IMG/VR virus record: IMGVR_UViG_3300036715_003363
Source of the DNA: a virus
DNA: 64,000 bases
Strand: one strand, 5' to 3'
Below, piece after piece: positions 46,970 to 56,086 of the stretch. The position numbers were made by a program, and so were the translations under genes. The notes under the pieces were generated by a model. It was not told the origin of the DNA and made no database searches. It saw only the letters and a list, made by a program, of their open reading frames with translations. Numbering within the stretch: the first letter of the stretch is position 1; each line of letters starts with the position of its first letter.

Positions 46970-47323
46970 TTATGCTTTTTTCATTTCATTCTGATCTAGC
47001 AGTTGTTGAATCTCTCTTTTGGAGAGCTCCATATTTCTTGCAAGCATATTAATTTTATCATCTTCTTCATCTTTCTCTTTCTTTACTTTTTTAAGATACT
47101 TGAATCGCGGAGCATACTTCATTTGAGGGAGACAGGTGAGAAGTAATTTGTAATGCTCTTCTTTTGTAAGTGTGCTAAAAATATTTACGGATTCATTTAG
47201 TGCGCTTGTCGTACCAGGAAGACCAAAGCTAATCCATCTATTGATTATATACGGAATATAATTCGCAAGAGGAAGATCTCCTTTCTTCCTCTGAGTTAAA
47301 TCTTTTAGGTACTCGAATAGCAT
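46970..47323 (-). CDS. Clamp loader small subunit, T4 gp62-like
   Basis: YIPYIINRWIS...ALNE...HYKLLL...RFKYLKK...LSKREIQQLL. Confidence 0.65.
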   Translation of the reverse strand: MLFEYLKDLTQRKKGDLPLANYIPYIINRWISFGLPGTTSALNESVNIFSTLTKEEHYKLLLTCLPQMKYAPRFKYLKKVKKEKDEEDDKINMLARNMELSKREIQQLLDQNEMKKA

Positions 47324-47931
47324 TAACTAATGAGTTTTGTAGAAGCAACAAATACACTCTGTACTGTATGATTAAAGATTCCAATTGCCTTCTCAATAAA
47401 TTCATTTGTTTCTTCAGCGCCTAATTTAGTTGAATAAGCAAAAGCAGGAGCCTCGAGACCCGCTTCAATATTAATTCCGGTATGAATAAGCCCTGCTCCA
47501 TTGTTAAGAGTTGCAATAGATACTGAAGCTTTTTTCCACTCAACTGTGTCTTCTGCAGAGCTGCGCTGATCAGATTCAACCATAATATCATCTCCATCAA
47601 CGTGAACATTATAAGGAATGTAGACACTTAGAAGAGATCCAAGAGCTGTATTAAATAATCTCTGAAATAAAATTGAAGCTTCAATTGAATAGCCGGGAAG
47701 CTCAATCAGAAAGTTAATCGCTTTATCTGAATAAATGTAATCATTTGTCAGTGCATCTTCTAGATCAATTAGATTTTCTTGTACTGACATTCTAGATACA
47801 AAGGCAACAATATTACCAAGAGGGCTTACATCTTTTCTAAAGAACTTATAGGCAAACTTAGACTTTAAAATAGATCCGTCATAATAATTAACTCCAGTAA
47901 CTTCTGCTAATTGTTCGGTTGTAATGTGCAT
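47323..47931 (-). CDS. DUF366-like protein (BPL/LplA-like fold)
   Basis: YDGSILKSKFAY...NIVAFV...LIDLED...IYSDKAINFLIE...QRL...DGDDI...KASVSIAT...HTGINI. Confidence 0.7.
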   Translation of the reverse strand: MHITTEQLAEVTGVNYYDGSILKSKFAYKFFRKDVSPLGNIVAFVSRMSVQENLIDLEDALTNDYIYSDKAINFLIELPGYSIEASILFQRLFNTALGSLLSVYIPYNVHVDGDDIMVESDQRSSAEDTVEWKKASVSIATLNNGAGLIHTGINIEAGLEAPAFAYSTKLGAEETNEFIEKAIGIFNHTVQSVFVASTKLIS

Positions 47932-47940
47932 CTAGTAATA

Positions 47941-48645
47941 TTATACGGCTTCTATCTGATTGCAATAGGCACCCTTAAATTTTTTATTAGCATCTTCCCA
48001 CTCAGGTGTATTCATTGAGTCTCCGAGTCCGTGATGAACAATTCGAAGAGGAATTACTCCAGCTGTAAGTTTTTTCTCAAAGCAATTCAACGAGAAAGAA
48101 ATATCATAGAAGTGAAATCCAAATCGCTCATCAAATAATACTTCAGCCTTTAACGCTTTCTCAACATTGACGGCAACGAACACTCCATCAAATACTAGAA
48201 CGCGCTCAATACCTGATAATCGAGGATGTTTCCAGAAGCATGTTGTCCAGACTTTTCCTTGTGCTGCATGAGTGACTTCTCCTCTTTTTTTATCTTCTCC
48301 TGATGCGAGATGCCATGCGAGCTTTTCAGCGCTTTTATTAAACTCAACTGCTCCTGCAAGAGCTGTGACATCAAATGGAGATTCATTTAGCTTTTCAACG
48401 AAGAATAGATCTTCAACCTCAACATCATCATGAACAAATGCTACAATCTTGTCTTTGTATTCATCAGTAAGAAATCTATTATACACCACAGACAATCCCT
48501 CCGTATTATCTCTTACAACATGAAAGTCAAAATGAGCTCTATCATAAATATTGTAGAGTTTGTGAAGAGATCTATAGATAGGTCTTGATTCAAACTCTTT
48601 TTCTGTTTTGCAACGTGTTGCCGTGATTAGTAATACTTGCTTCAT
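47941..48645 (-). CDS. GT-A glycosyltransferase (family 2-like)
   Basis: GLSVVYN, FVHDDV (DxD-type), FDGVFVAV, FDERFGFHFYDISF. Confidence 0.85.
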   Translation of the reverse strand: MKQVLLITATRCKTEKEFESRPIYRSLHKLYNIYDRAHFDFHVVRDNTEGLSVVYNRFLTDEYKDKIVAFVHDDVEVEDLFFVEKLNESPFDVTALAGAVEFNKSAEKLAWHLASGEDKKRGEVTHAAQGKVWTTCFWKHPRLSGIERVLVFDGVFVAVNVEKALKAEVLFDERFGFHFYDISFSLNCFEKKLTAGVIPLRIVHHGLGDSMNTPEWEDANKKFKGAYCNQIEAV

Positions 48646-48654
48646 AAAACTGTT

Positions 48655-49287
48655 TTATATCTCATAAGGGCTTTCGTATTTAAACGCTTTTTTTCGCTCA
48701 TGTAAAGAATATGCATGCAAAGTTAAAACTGATCCATCATCTACATCACTTGCACCTTCAAATGGAAGCGACGAAAAGCTCTCTCCATCAGTGTAAAGAG
48801 TTGATCCTGCTTTAACTACTTGAAGACTGTTATCTTCGATATTATAAATCCAGCACGTCAAAAGACCTTCATACATTTCAAATGTTTGTTTGATATCACC
48901 CTTATTCGCTGTGAGATGATATGGTATGATTGAACTATCAACATCAAACTCAGCACTCACCGGAAATGATTTAAAGTTAGAAAGTATTCCATTGTGAGCA
49001 ACATAATAAGAACCAAATGAAAATGGATGAGTTGTTTCCTCTGACCAAGCAGCCTTACTATTTGTTGGCGCTCTTGAATGAAATAGACAATATAATGACT
49101 CTCCGTGTCCGGTATTTATTATTCTCTTAAGATTTTCGTATTTAAATTTCTCTTTTTGTTTTGCAATGAATATATTACCTATTGCATTGAATGCAAGAAA
49201 ACCTGATGAGAATGCGCCTCTCGTAAGATTGTCTTCATATAGAGAGTACGCTTTTTTTAGCGTAGAACTGCCACTTATGCCACAAAT
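48655..49287 (-). CDS. Class II (Ntn) glutamine amidotransferase with ATT start; probable Gat partner of QueC
   Basis: ATT-TGT-GGC (x-C-G), TRG, HSRAPT, HPF, HNGIL..F, DVDSS; AGGAGGG 7 nt before ATT; the ORF track captures only the last 101 aa. Confidence 0.85.
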   Translation of the reverse strand: MCGISGSSTLKKAYSLYEDNLTRGAFSSGFLAFNAIGNIFIAKQKEKFKYENLKRIINTGHGESLYCLFHSRAPTNSKAAWSEETTHPFSFGSYYVAHNGILSNFKSFPVSAEFDVDSSIIPYHLTANKGDIKQTFEMYEGLLTCWIYNIEDNSLQVVKAGSTLYTDGESFSSLPFEGASDVDDGSVLTLHAYSLHERKKAFKYESPYEI

Positions 49288-49348
49288 ATAGATACCCTCC
49301 TCGTTTCGCTAGAGTTACAATAAATAGTGTTCATATATGATTCAGGTG

Positions 49349-50068
49349 TTACATTAGAATATTACACTCTTTCCAGTCAATATCAACTGAGTACTTTAGA
49401 GGATCAATGAACCCAGCTTTCTTAAAACCTGCAATACGACTTGAGCAACTCGGACAAATTCCACAACTCAATTCTTTTCCTTCATAGCATGTCCATGTTT
49501 CTCCTAGATGAGCACCTAAACTTAATCCAAGCTCAATAATTTGTTTTTTTGAAAGTTCAATAAGCGGAGCTTTAACCTCAATTCTATTTCGCCTATTCAG
49601 GGATAGTACATCATTGATTGCAGAAAGAAACTCAACAGTGCAGTCAAAATATCCGCTTAGATTATCTACTGCAGCAGCTCCATAGTAGACATGCTCCGCT
49701 CCAATAGACTCAGCATATGCTGCTGCTATTGATATCATAACCATATTGCGGTTAGGGCAATAAGCTGAATTTTGAGGATCTCCGATCACATCCTTCATTT
49801 TAGGAACATCAATAGTACTATTTGTAAGAGCAGATGTACTAGCTAAATTTGAATAGAATGATATATCAATAGTTTTTTGAGATACACTGTTTTTTTCGCA
49901 GTATACTATTGCTTTATCTATTTCTTTTTTGTGTCTCTGATTATAGTTAAATGTTAAGGCGTGTACACTTGCGTGATCTTTAAGTGCACAATGTAGAATT
50001 ACGGAAGAATCTAATCCGCCTGAATATATTACAACTGCTGGAGTACTAATCATCGCTATATAATACAT
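49349..50068 (-). CDS. queC: 7-cyano-7-deazaguanine synthase QueC
   Basis: YSGGLDSS PP-loop, YNQRHKKE, CPNRNM, KAPLI, TWTCYEG...CGICPSCSSR. Confidence 0.95.
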   Translation of the reverse strand: MYYIAMISTPAVVIYSGGLDSSVILHCALKDHASVHALTFNYNQRHKKEIDKAIVYCEKNSVSQKTIDISFYSNLASTSALTNSTIDVPKMKDVIGDPQNSAYCPNRNMVMISIAAAYAESIGAEHVYYGAAAVDNLSGYFDCTVEFLSAINDVLSLNRRNRIEVKAPLIELSKKQIIELGLSLGAHLGETWTCYEGKELSCGICPSCSSRIAGFKKAGFIDPLKYSVDIDWKECNILM

Positions 50069-50345
50069 TATATATGCAAATTTTCAAGATCTATTTCTTT
50101 GTAAAATTAATCGAAAGTTGGGGAAAACATACCCGTTTTATCACAATACTTTTTTTGAGAAAAATTGTGCTGTCTAGTTTCTCATTTCTCAAATCATTCG
50201 CGAGGTTTCAAGTTTTTTTCTTGCTGTTCATTCTAAAATACTCTATAATGAAAAGATATTAAAATTCATACTACTCCTACATTCTATATAGAACTCCCTG
50301 CAGAATGCCTTTGACGTTTCATCATAATTATCCTATTATAATGGT

Positions 50346-51260
50346 ATGAAATTAATAAACACTGCGAACGCCGACTTCATCAAAGCTGAAGATGTTGTAA
50401 TTCCTGATTCATACTACAATCGCTTTAAGACTGGAGTTGAGACTCTTGACTTCTGCTACGGAGGAGATGGGTTCCTTCCTGGAATGTCCTTCACCTTTGC
50501 AGCACCTCCCGGATCTGGCAAAACTACTTTTTTACTTCAGACTCTTAATCTTCTTGAAAAGAACAATAAGAATACTGCTTATGTTTCCGGAGAGGAGACT
50601 GTTGAGCAGCTCGCATTTACTTGCAAGCGTATTGGTGTGAATCAGGTTCGTGTTGCGAACATTACTTGCATTGAGGATATCTTTGATGCAGTTCAGAAAA
50701 ACAAGTTTAGTATGCTTGTTATCGATTCTTTTCCTTCCATGACTTCTCGTGATGAAACTCTTCACGGAATTCGTTTGGAGAAGTATCTCTCCGATTACAT
50801 TTGCACTAAATCAAAGGAGCTTGAGTGTGTTGTCGGAATAATTCTTCACTACACTAAGAATGGATCTTATAAAGGTTCAACTCTTCTTCCTCATTCCGTT
50901 GATGCAAACTTCACCATGGAGAAGGATGCTGAGGACGAAACGCTTCGGATCGTTGAAGCAACGAAAAACCGCTTTGGTACTTGCGCGCATGTTGCTTTCC
51001 GTATGACCGACACGGGATTCTCCTTTGAAAAGGTTGAGCGCGATGAGATCATTTCTGGCGGAAAGAAGACTAAGAAGAGTGATCAATACAAGGCTTCTCT
51101 CATTAAGGCAGTTACTGATAGCGGTAAGATTAATCTTGCCACGGCAACTGAACTTCTTGGAGATATCAGCAAGGCCATGCAAACTCTTCGTGAGCTTACT
51201 CTTGTCGGAAAACTCAAGAAAGAAGGAAAGGGAGGGGATGCGACTTATACGCTTGCTTAA
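50346..51260 (+). CDS. RadA/Sms-like RecA-family ATPase
   Basis: APPGSGKTT, YVSGEET, LVIDS, YKGSTLLPHSVD, KNRFG; lacks N-terminal Zn finger and Lon-like domain. Confidence 0.85.
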   Translation: MKLINTANADFIKAEDVVIPDSYYNRFKTGVETLDFCYGGDGFLPGMSFTFAAPPGSGKTTFLLQTLNLLEKNNKNTAYVSGEETVEQLAFTCKRIGVNQVRVANITCIEDIFDAVQKNKFSMLVIDSFPSMTSRDETLHGIRLEKYLSDYICTKSKELECVVGIILHYTKNGSYKGSTLLPHSVDANFTMEKDAEDETLRIVEATKNRFGTCAHVAFRMTDTGFSFEKVERDEIISGGKKTKKSDQYKASLIKAVTDSGKINLATATELLGDISKAMQTLRELTLVGKLKKEGKGGDATYTLA

Positions 51261-51300
51261 TATTTGGTTTGAAAATAAAATATCAATATTCAATAAATAT

Positions 51301-51543
51301 ATGAACACAACTACAATGCCTGCTCCAAAAACAAAAAAGAAAACTGAACAGGAATCTGCTCCGAAAAAACCTCTGGAGCCTTATGTTTTTAAGAATATTA
51401 AAGTTCATGAGGTTAATGATGAAACAAATCAAGTAAATGAGCGAACGATCATCAAGCTTATTGGAGATGATGGAGTTATTATTCATTGCTCCGTTGGATG
51501 TGGTTATCGCCTTCTGCGCGATCTGAGAGATGTTCTTGAATAA
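51301..51543 (+). CDS. Hypothetical late protein
   Basis: ATG 51301 immediately after TAAATAT. Confidence 0.55.
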   Translation: MNTTTMPAPKTKKKTEQESAPKKPLEPYVFKNIKVHEVNDETNQVNERTIIKLIGDDGVIIHCSVGCGYRLLRDLRDVLE

Positions 51544-51570
51544 GTTATTTTTTTACAATATAATAATCAG

Positions 51571-51789
51571 ATGAAATTTTGTACTGTTTGTCTTTCCGCA
51601 ATTGAAATTGAAAGGATTGAAATTCTTCCTGAAACTACATTCTGTTCTGTTTGTGCTCGAGTTCATTCAAATGTCAAGCCTAGGCTAGGAAGAATGGCAT
51701 TTGGTCATAAAACTGGAGGAGAAATTATGTTGATGTCCGAAGAAACTTTCAAGGAGACAAAGAAGTACTTTGATCCTGATTCTTATTGA
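51571..51789 (+). CDS. TraR/DksA-type C4 zinc-finger protein
   Basis: CTVCLSAIEIERIEILPETTFCSVCA. Confidence 0.8.
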   Translation: MKFCTVCLSAIEIERIEILPETTFCSVCARVHSNVKPRLGRMAFGHKTGGEIMLMSEETFKETKKYFDPDSY

Positions 51790-51795
51790 AGCTTT

Positions 51796-52089
51796 TTAAA
51801 ATAATGTTTTTGAAGGAAAATACTTTTGGAGAAATATATTCAGTTGATCGCAATCTTTCAAAATATCTATAAATCTTTCCTTCTGTTGAGGAGTTTCAAG
51901 CTCAATATTATTTCCGTACTTATCAACTGCTCGGCGAGAGTTTAATATATTGTGAATCATCCGGAATAATCCATCCCAATCATTCTTATACTTTTCTAGC
52001 TCTAAATCGAAGAATCCAGACTTTGTCGGAGCTTTAATATATGGCATCTCAAGGAGAAGAGACTCCCACAGATTATCAAAATCGCTCAT
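51796..52089 (-). CDS. Hypothetical late protein
   Basis: MSDFDNLWESLLLE N-terminus; TAAATA upstream. Confidence 0.6.
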   Translation of the reverse strand: MSDFDNLWESLLLEMPYIKAPTKSGFFDLELEKYKNDWDGLFRMIHNILNSRRAVDKYGNNIELETPQQKERFIDILKDCDQLNIFLQKYFPSKTLF

Positions 52090-52137
52090 CCTTTATTTAA
52101 GCTTGCAGTATCAATTGTAACCATCTATTATCAATGC

Positions 52138-52335
52138 ATGAATGAAGAAATAGAAGCAGAAATTACAGCAATATATTTTGAAATTAGTGAACTTAAAAAG
52201 ACTCTACTAACAGTTACTGAGATAGTTCAAAATCTCAATTTTATTACTAAAGATCTCGTTGAAATCTCAACAAAAAACAACAAAGAGGAAAGAGCTGCGT
52301 ATGACTATCTCCTTAAGCAGACAGATCATTCTTGA
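52138..52335 (+). CDS. Hypothetical coiled-coil protein
   Basis: 65 aa ORF. Confidence 0.5.
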   Translation: MNEEIEAEITAIYFEISELKKTLLTVTEIVQNLNFITKDLVEISTKNNKEERAAYDYLLKQTDHS

Positions 52336-52366
52336 TGTTCCTCTTAAATTGTAATAATATAATAGT

Positions 52367-52732
52367 ATGAAAATTAAAACAGCCCTGCTCGCAGCAATCC
52401 TTCCTTTGGCGGGATGCGTTCAATACGTCCCAGTTTCATCTGGAACAGTTACCACTCCTGTAGTTGTTGGTGGTGTACCGCCCATTATAAACTACCCTCA
52501 GCCAATCTATGGCGGAGCAATTCCATTCCAAGGCGGTGGGTATGGATGTGGATACGGATACGGTGGGTATGGTGGAGGTGGATTTGGTTGGAATAACGGA
52601 AACACAACGATTAACAACACCTATAATCGTACAGTAAGTAATAGTGGAAATGTAGGATCTGGAGCTCGCGTCTTTACGGGAGGATACGGAATGGGAATGG
52701 GTGGTGGTACATACGGAGGATTTCGTCGGTGA
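52367..52732 (+). CDS. Gly/Tyr-rich lipoprotein
   Basis: MKIKTALLAAILPLAG-C lipobox; TTGATG-17-TAATAT promoter 6 nt upstream. Confidence 0.7.
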   Translation: MKIKTALLAAILPLAGCVQYVPVSSGTVTTPVVVGGVPPIINYPQPIYGGAIPFQGGGYGCGYGYGGYGGGGFGWNNGNTTINNTYNRTVSNSGNVGSGARVFTGGYGMGMGGGTYGGFRR

Positions 52733-52920
52733 TCTCTCTATCAGGAACTAGAACAAATTTTGATTTCTTTGTTCAATCAATATCTATTCACCTTGATGAT
52801 GCTCTAACTGAATATACTGAAGCAACAACAGATCACGGTAGGGAGTTAGCAACGGTAAAAGTTGAACTTCTTGATAAAGTAGTGGAGGATTTAGCGTATT
52901 ATTTGGGAAATTCATGGTAA
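52729..52920 (+). CDS. Hypothetical protein
   Basis: 63 aa, GTG start overlapping upstream stop. Confidence 0.45.
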   Translation: MISLSGTRTNFDFFVQSISIHLDDALTEYTEATTDHGRELATVKVELLDKVVEDLAYYLGNSW

Positions 52921-53088
52921 AATCCGGATATTTTCATGATTTTTAATAAAATTCTTATCAATGAGTTGTATTAAATGATCAACGAGTTATCAATGTAATA
53001 TCTTAAGGAGAACATAATTACCTCCGAAAATCAGGTAATAAACGGATACGAGATATAAAAATAGAAGAGTACATGGTTAAATAGTGAT

Positions 53089-53286
53089 GTGCAACCGCCA
53101 TTTGATATTACTTGGAGAGGATTTACATTTAAAATTCTTAAAAGCAGAAAGAAAAATACTCTTGAAATCGCCCTTATGTCAAAACCGAAAAAATATCGAG
53201 GAGAGCTGACAGATGAACATATTGAGTGTCTGTATTATTATCTTCAAGAGGAAGGTTTCATTGGCCGTTCAATTCAATTAGATTAA
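53089..53286 (+). CDS. Hypothetical late protein
   Basis: TAAATA upstream; YLQEEGFI motif. Confidence 0.55.
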   Translation: MQPPFDITWRGFTFKILKSRKKNTLEIALMSKPKKYRGELTDEHIECLYYYLQEEGFIGRSIQLD

Positions 53287-53295
53287 GATATATAT

Positions 53296-53427
53296 ATGTC
53301 AGGAAAAGGATCAAAACGTCGTATTGAGAATACAAAGAGAATTCACGAGAATTTTCTAAAAATCAAATTCACCGGTGTAGAAGGATTTAAAAAGAAAAAG
53401 AATAAGATTGTCAAAGTATATCGTTGA
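53296..53427 (+). CDS. Small basic peptide (43 aa)
   Basis: MSGKGSKRR start seen in small T4-like phage proteins. Confidence 0.45.
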   Translation: MSGKGSKRRIENTKRIHENFLKIKFTGVEGFKKKKNKIVKVYR

Positions 53428-53446
53428 CGTGTCTGGTATTATTAAA

Positions 53447-53629
53447 CTATGAAAAACAGCGACTACATACAGACTCTGATTCTCTCTTTTGCAGAAAAAG
53501 AAAGAAAAAGAACGCGTTATCACTAAGGTTCTGGTTATCATTGGATTTATTACACTCATTGCATCCATTGCCGCAGCAAATAAGAAAACCACTGATTATC
53601 GATATGATCAGTGTAGTTATGAATCTCAA
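53447..53629 (-). CDS. Possible small membrane/lipoprotein
   Basis: MRFITTLIISIISGFLIC-C hydrophobic start. Confidence 0.35.
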   Translation of the reverse strand: MRFITTLIISIISGFLICCGNGCNECNKSNDNQNLSDNAFFFFLFLQKRESESVCSRCFS

Positions 53630-53669
53630 TCAGTATAGAGAAAAAACACCAGTGTAACAATTCGAGTCT

Positions 53670-54050
53670 CTGTTATGGATGAACAGAGGCATTTCAAAGA
53701 TTTCTCTTTATATGGATATAGTACTGTTATGGAGAGAGCAGAGGTATTTCAAAGATGAGTATTCAGATGTTATAGTACTGTTATTGATATACAGAGGCAT
53801 TTCAAAGATGTTATAAGTTGAGGATACAATGGATATAGTACTATATGGAGAGAGCAGAGGCATTTCAAAGATGAGTATTACTAAGAAGCGTTATGGATAT
53901 AGTACTGTTATTGATGTACAGAAGCGTTTCAAAGATGTTATAAGTTATAAGTTGAAGGATACAATGGATATAGTACTGTTATTGATGTACAGAAGCGTTT
54001 CAAAGATAGGTATTACTAAGAAGCGTTATGGATATACTAGTATCATTAGT
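53670..54050. repeat. Degenerate direct-repeat array 1
   Basis: Six copies of (G/A)TTTCAAAGAT interleaved with GATATAGTACTGTTAT modules. Confidence 0.8.
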
Positions 54051-54139
54051 TGAAGGAGAAAGACACTCATATAAGATCAATTGAGATCATTTGCTGAGAC
54101 TCTAGAGGGGGTTAGATAGCCTCGTTCATCCTTTGCATC

Positions 54140-54780
54140 CTCGTTTAGCGGAGCTTTCATCTTATGCAGCTTATGCAGCTTCGTTCAGCCTTTGTTCAGT
54201 CTTTGTTCAGCCTTTGTTTAGCCTCTGCAGCTTTTGTTTAGCCTCTGCAGCTTTTGTTTAGCCTCTGCAGCTTTTGTTTAGCGGAGCTTCCAGTCTTTGT
54301 TCAGCTTTTGTTTAGCCTCTGCAGCTTTGTTTAGCCTCTGCAGCTTTTGTTTAGTCTTTGTTCAGCCTCTGCAGCTTCGTTCAGCCTCTGCAGCTTTTGT
54401 TTAGCCTCTGCAGCCTCTGCAGCTTTGTTTAGTCTTTGTTTAGCCTCTGCAGCTTTTGTTTAGTCTTTGTTTAGCCTCTGCAGCTTCGTTTAGTCTTTGT
54501 TTAGCCTCTGCAGCTTTTGTTTAGTCTTTGTTTAGCCTCTGCAGCTTTTGTTCAGCCTCTGCAGCTTTTGTTTAGTCTTTGTTTAGCCTCTGCAGCTTCG
54601 TTCAGCCTCTGCAGCTTTTGTTTAGCCTCTGCAGCTTTTGTTTAGCGGAGCTTTCAGTCTTCGTTCAGCCTCTGCAGCTTTTGTTTAGTCTTTGTTTAGC
54701 CTCTGCAGCTTTTGTTTAGCGGAGCTTTCAGTCTTTGTTCAGTCTTTGTTCAGTCTTTGTTTAGCGGAGCTTTCAGCCTT
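54140..54780. repeat. Low-complexity tandem array 2 (GTTTAGCCTCTGCAGCTTTT / GTTTAGTCTTT units)
   Basis: About 19 CTGCAG-containing units with variable T runs; strongly T-skewed. Confidence 0.95.
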
Positions 54781-54800
54781 TGAGTACTGCTGTCTCCGAA

Positions 54801-54883
54801 CCGCCCGCTCAGCTTCCGCTCCGCTCCGCCCGCTCCGCTTCCGCTTCCGCTTCCGCTATCTAAAGCTAAAGCTAAAGCTAAAG
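54801..54883. repeat. (CCGCT)n tract followed by (TAAAGC)4
   Basis: CCGCTCCGCTCCGCCCGCTCCGCTTCCGCTTCCGCTTCCGC then TAAAGCTAAAGCTAAAGCTAAAG. Confidence 0.9.
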
Positions 54884-54984
54884 ATTGTCTTTACTTAATA
54901 AGGGAATTCATTTCATGTTCCTGCGCAGCTTTTTTCGCTCTGCAGTCTAAATTCATATTCATATTATGCAGGCTGCGCGACCAA

Positions 54985-55745
54985 CTTGCAAGATTATTAT
55001 AAAGTAATTTGAATCTACTATAGATGATGACAATCTATACCCATCTCCGAGGCAGAGCAAGCTTATACTTACAAGATTATTATAAAGTAATTCTTAGCTT
55101 GCCGGGCCCGGCCGATTGAATCTACTATAGATGATAACAATATAAACCCATCTCCGAGGCAGAGCAAGCTTATAATGATGAAACTACTACTGCAGAGCTT
55201 ATAATGATGAAACTACTACTGCAGAGCTTTATCTTATCGATGTATCCGGCCGATTGAATCTACTATAGATGATAACAATATAAACCCATCTCCGAGGCAG
55301 AGCAAGCTTATAATGATGAAATTTACTACTGCAGAGCAAGCTTATAATGATGAAATTTACTACTGCAGAGCAAGCTTATAATGATCTAGCAGAGTAACGA
55401 ACTTTACTACAAGCTTATAATGATCTAGCAGAGTAACGAACTTTACTACAAGCTTATAATGATGAAACTAGTCTAACAAGCTTATAATGATGAAACTACT
55501 ACTGCAGAGCTTTATCTTATCGATGTATGCAGAGATGAAGATTCTAATTACTGTGTCTGGCTGTTTGAATCTACTATAGATGATAACAATCTATACATAT
55601 CTCCGAGGCAGTACAAGCTTATAATGATCTAGCAGAGTAGCGAACTTTACTACTGCAGAGCAAGCTTATAATGATGAACTTTACTACTGCAGAGCTTATA
55701 ATGATCTGACAGAGCTTTATCTTATCGATGTATGCAGAGATGAAG
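54985..55745. repeat. Modular direct-repeat array 3
   Basis: Four GAATCTACTATAGATGA(T/C)AACAAT...ATCTCCGAGGCAG units plus 11 GCTTATAATGAT modules. Confidence 0.92.
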
Positions 55746-55752
55746 ATTCTAA

Positions 55753-55781
55753 TTGCCGTTCCATGGAAGCCTATCCATAAT
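55753..55781 (+). promoter_or_regulatory. Repeated early promoter (copy 1)
   Basis: TTGCCG-17-CATAAT, ATG 6 nt downstream. Confidence 0.75.
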
Positions 55782-55787
55782 AAAATC

Positions 55788-56086
55788 ATGAAGATTAAAA
55801 CAATCATCCATACTGATACTACTGCGGCGGTCATTGACGCTATCATTGCTGAGAGTATTGATGATCCTGCAGGTACCGTAGCCATTAATGCTTTAAACCG
55901 CTGTACAGAGATCTTTCAAGGCACTGCGACGATCTCAGAGGTTAAGCAGTTCTTCCTTAATAGGTATACGTTCATGGCACTGCCCAATGCCGGTAAATTC
56001 TTATGCTAGTAATCTAAAAGATGTTGAACTGCATATTGCATTCTAGGTCTCCTTATATTGTCTCTGGCATATATTTGAATTACTAA
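55788..56086 (+). pseudogene. MKIKT paralog copy 1 (frameshifted, internal deletions)
   Basis: Reads in frame to KFLC* at 56009; remainder of family sequence continues out of frame to 56086. Confidence 0.75.

Noticed and set aside
51025-51300. N-terminal extension of ORF 51025-51543
   Set aside because: Overlaps the RadA-like gene in another frame; a late promoter sits right before ATG 51301
53829-54898. ORFs 53829-54053 and 54692-54898
   Set aside because: They are translations of repeat DNA with low-complexity products and no expression signals
53670-55745. CRISPR array
   Set aside because: The repeats are shuffled modules with no unique spacers of constant length, and no cas genes are present in the window
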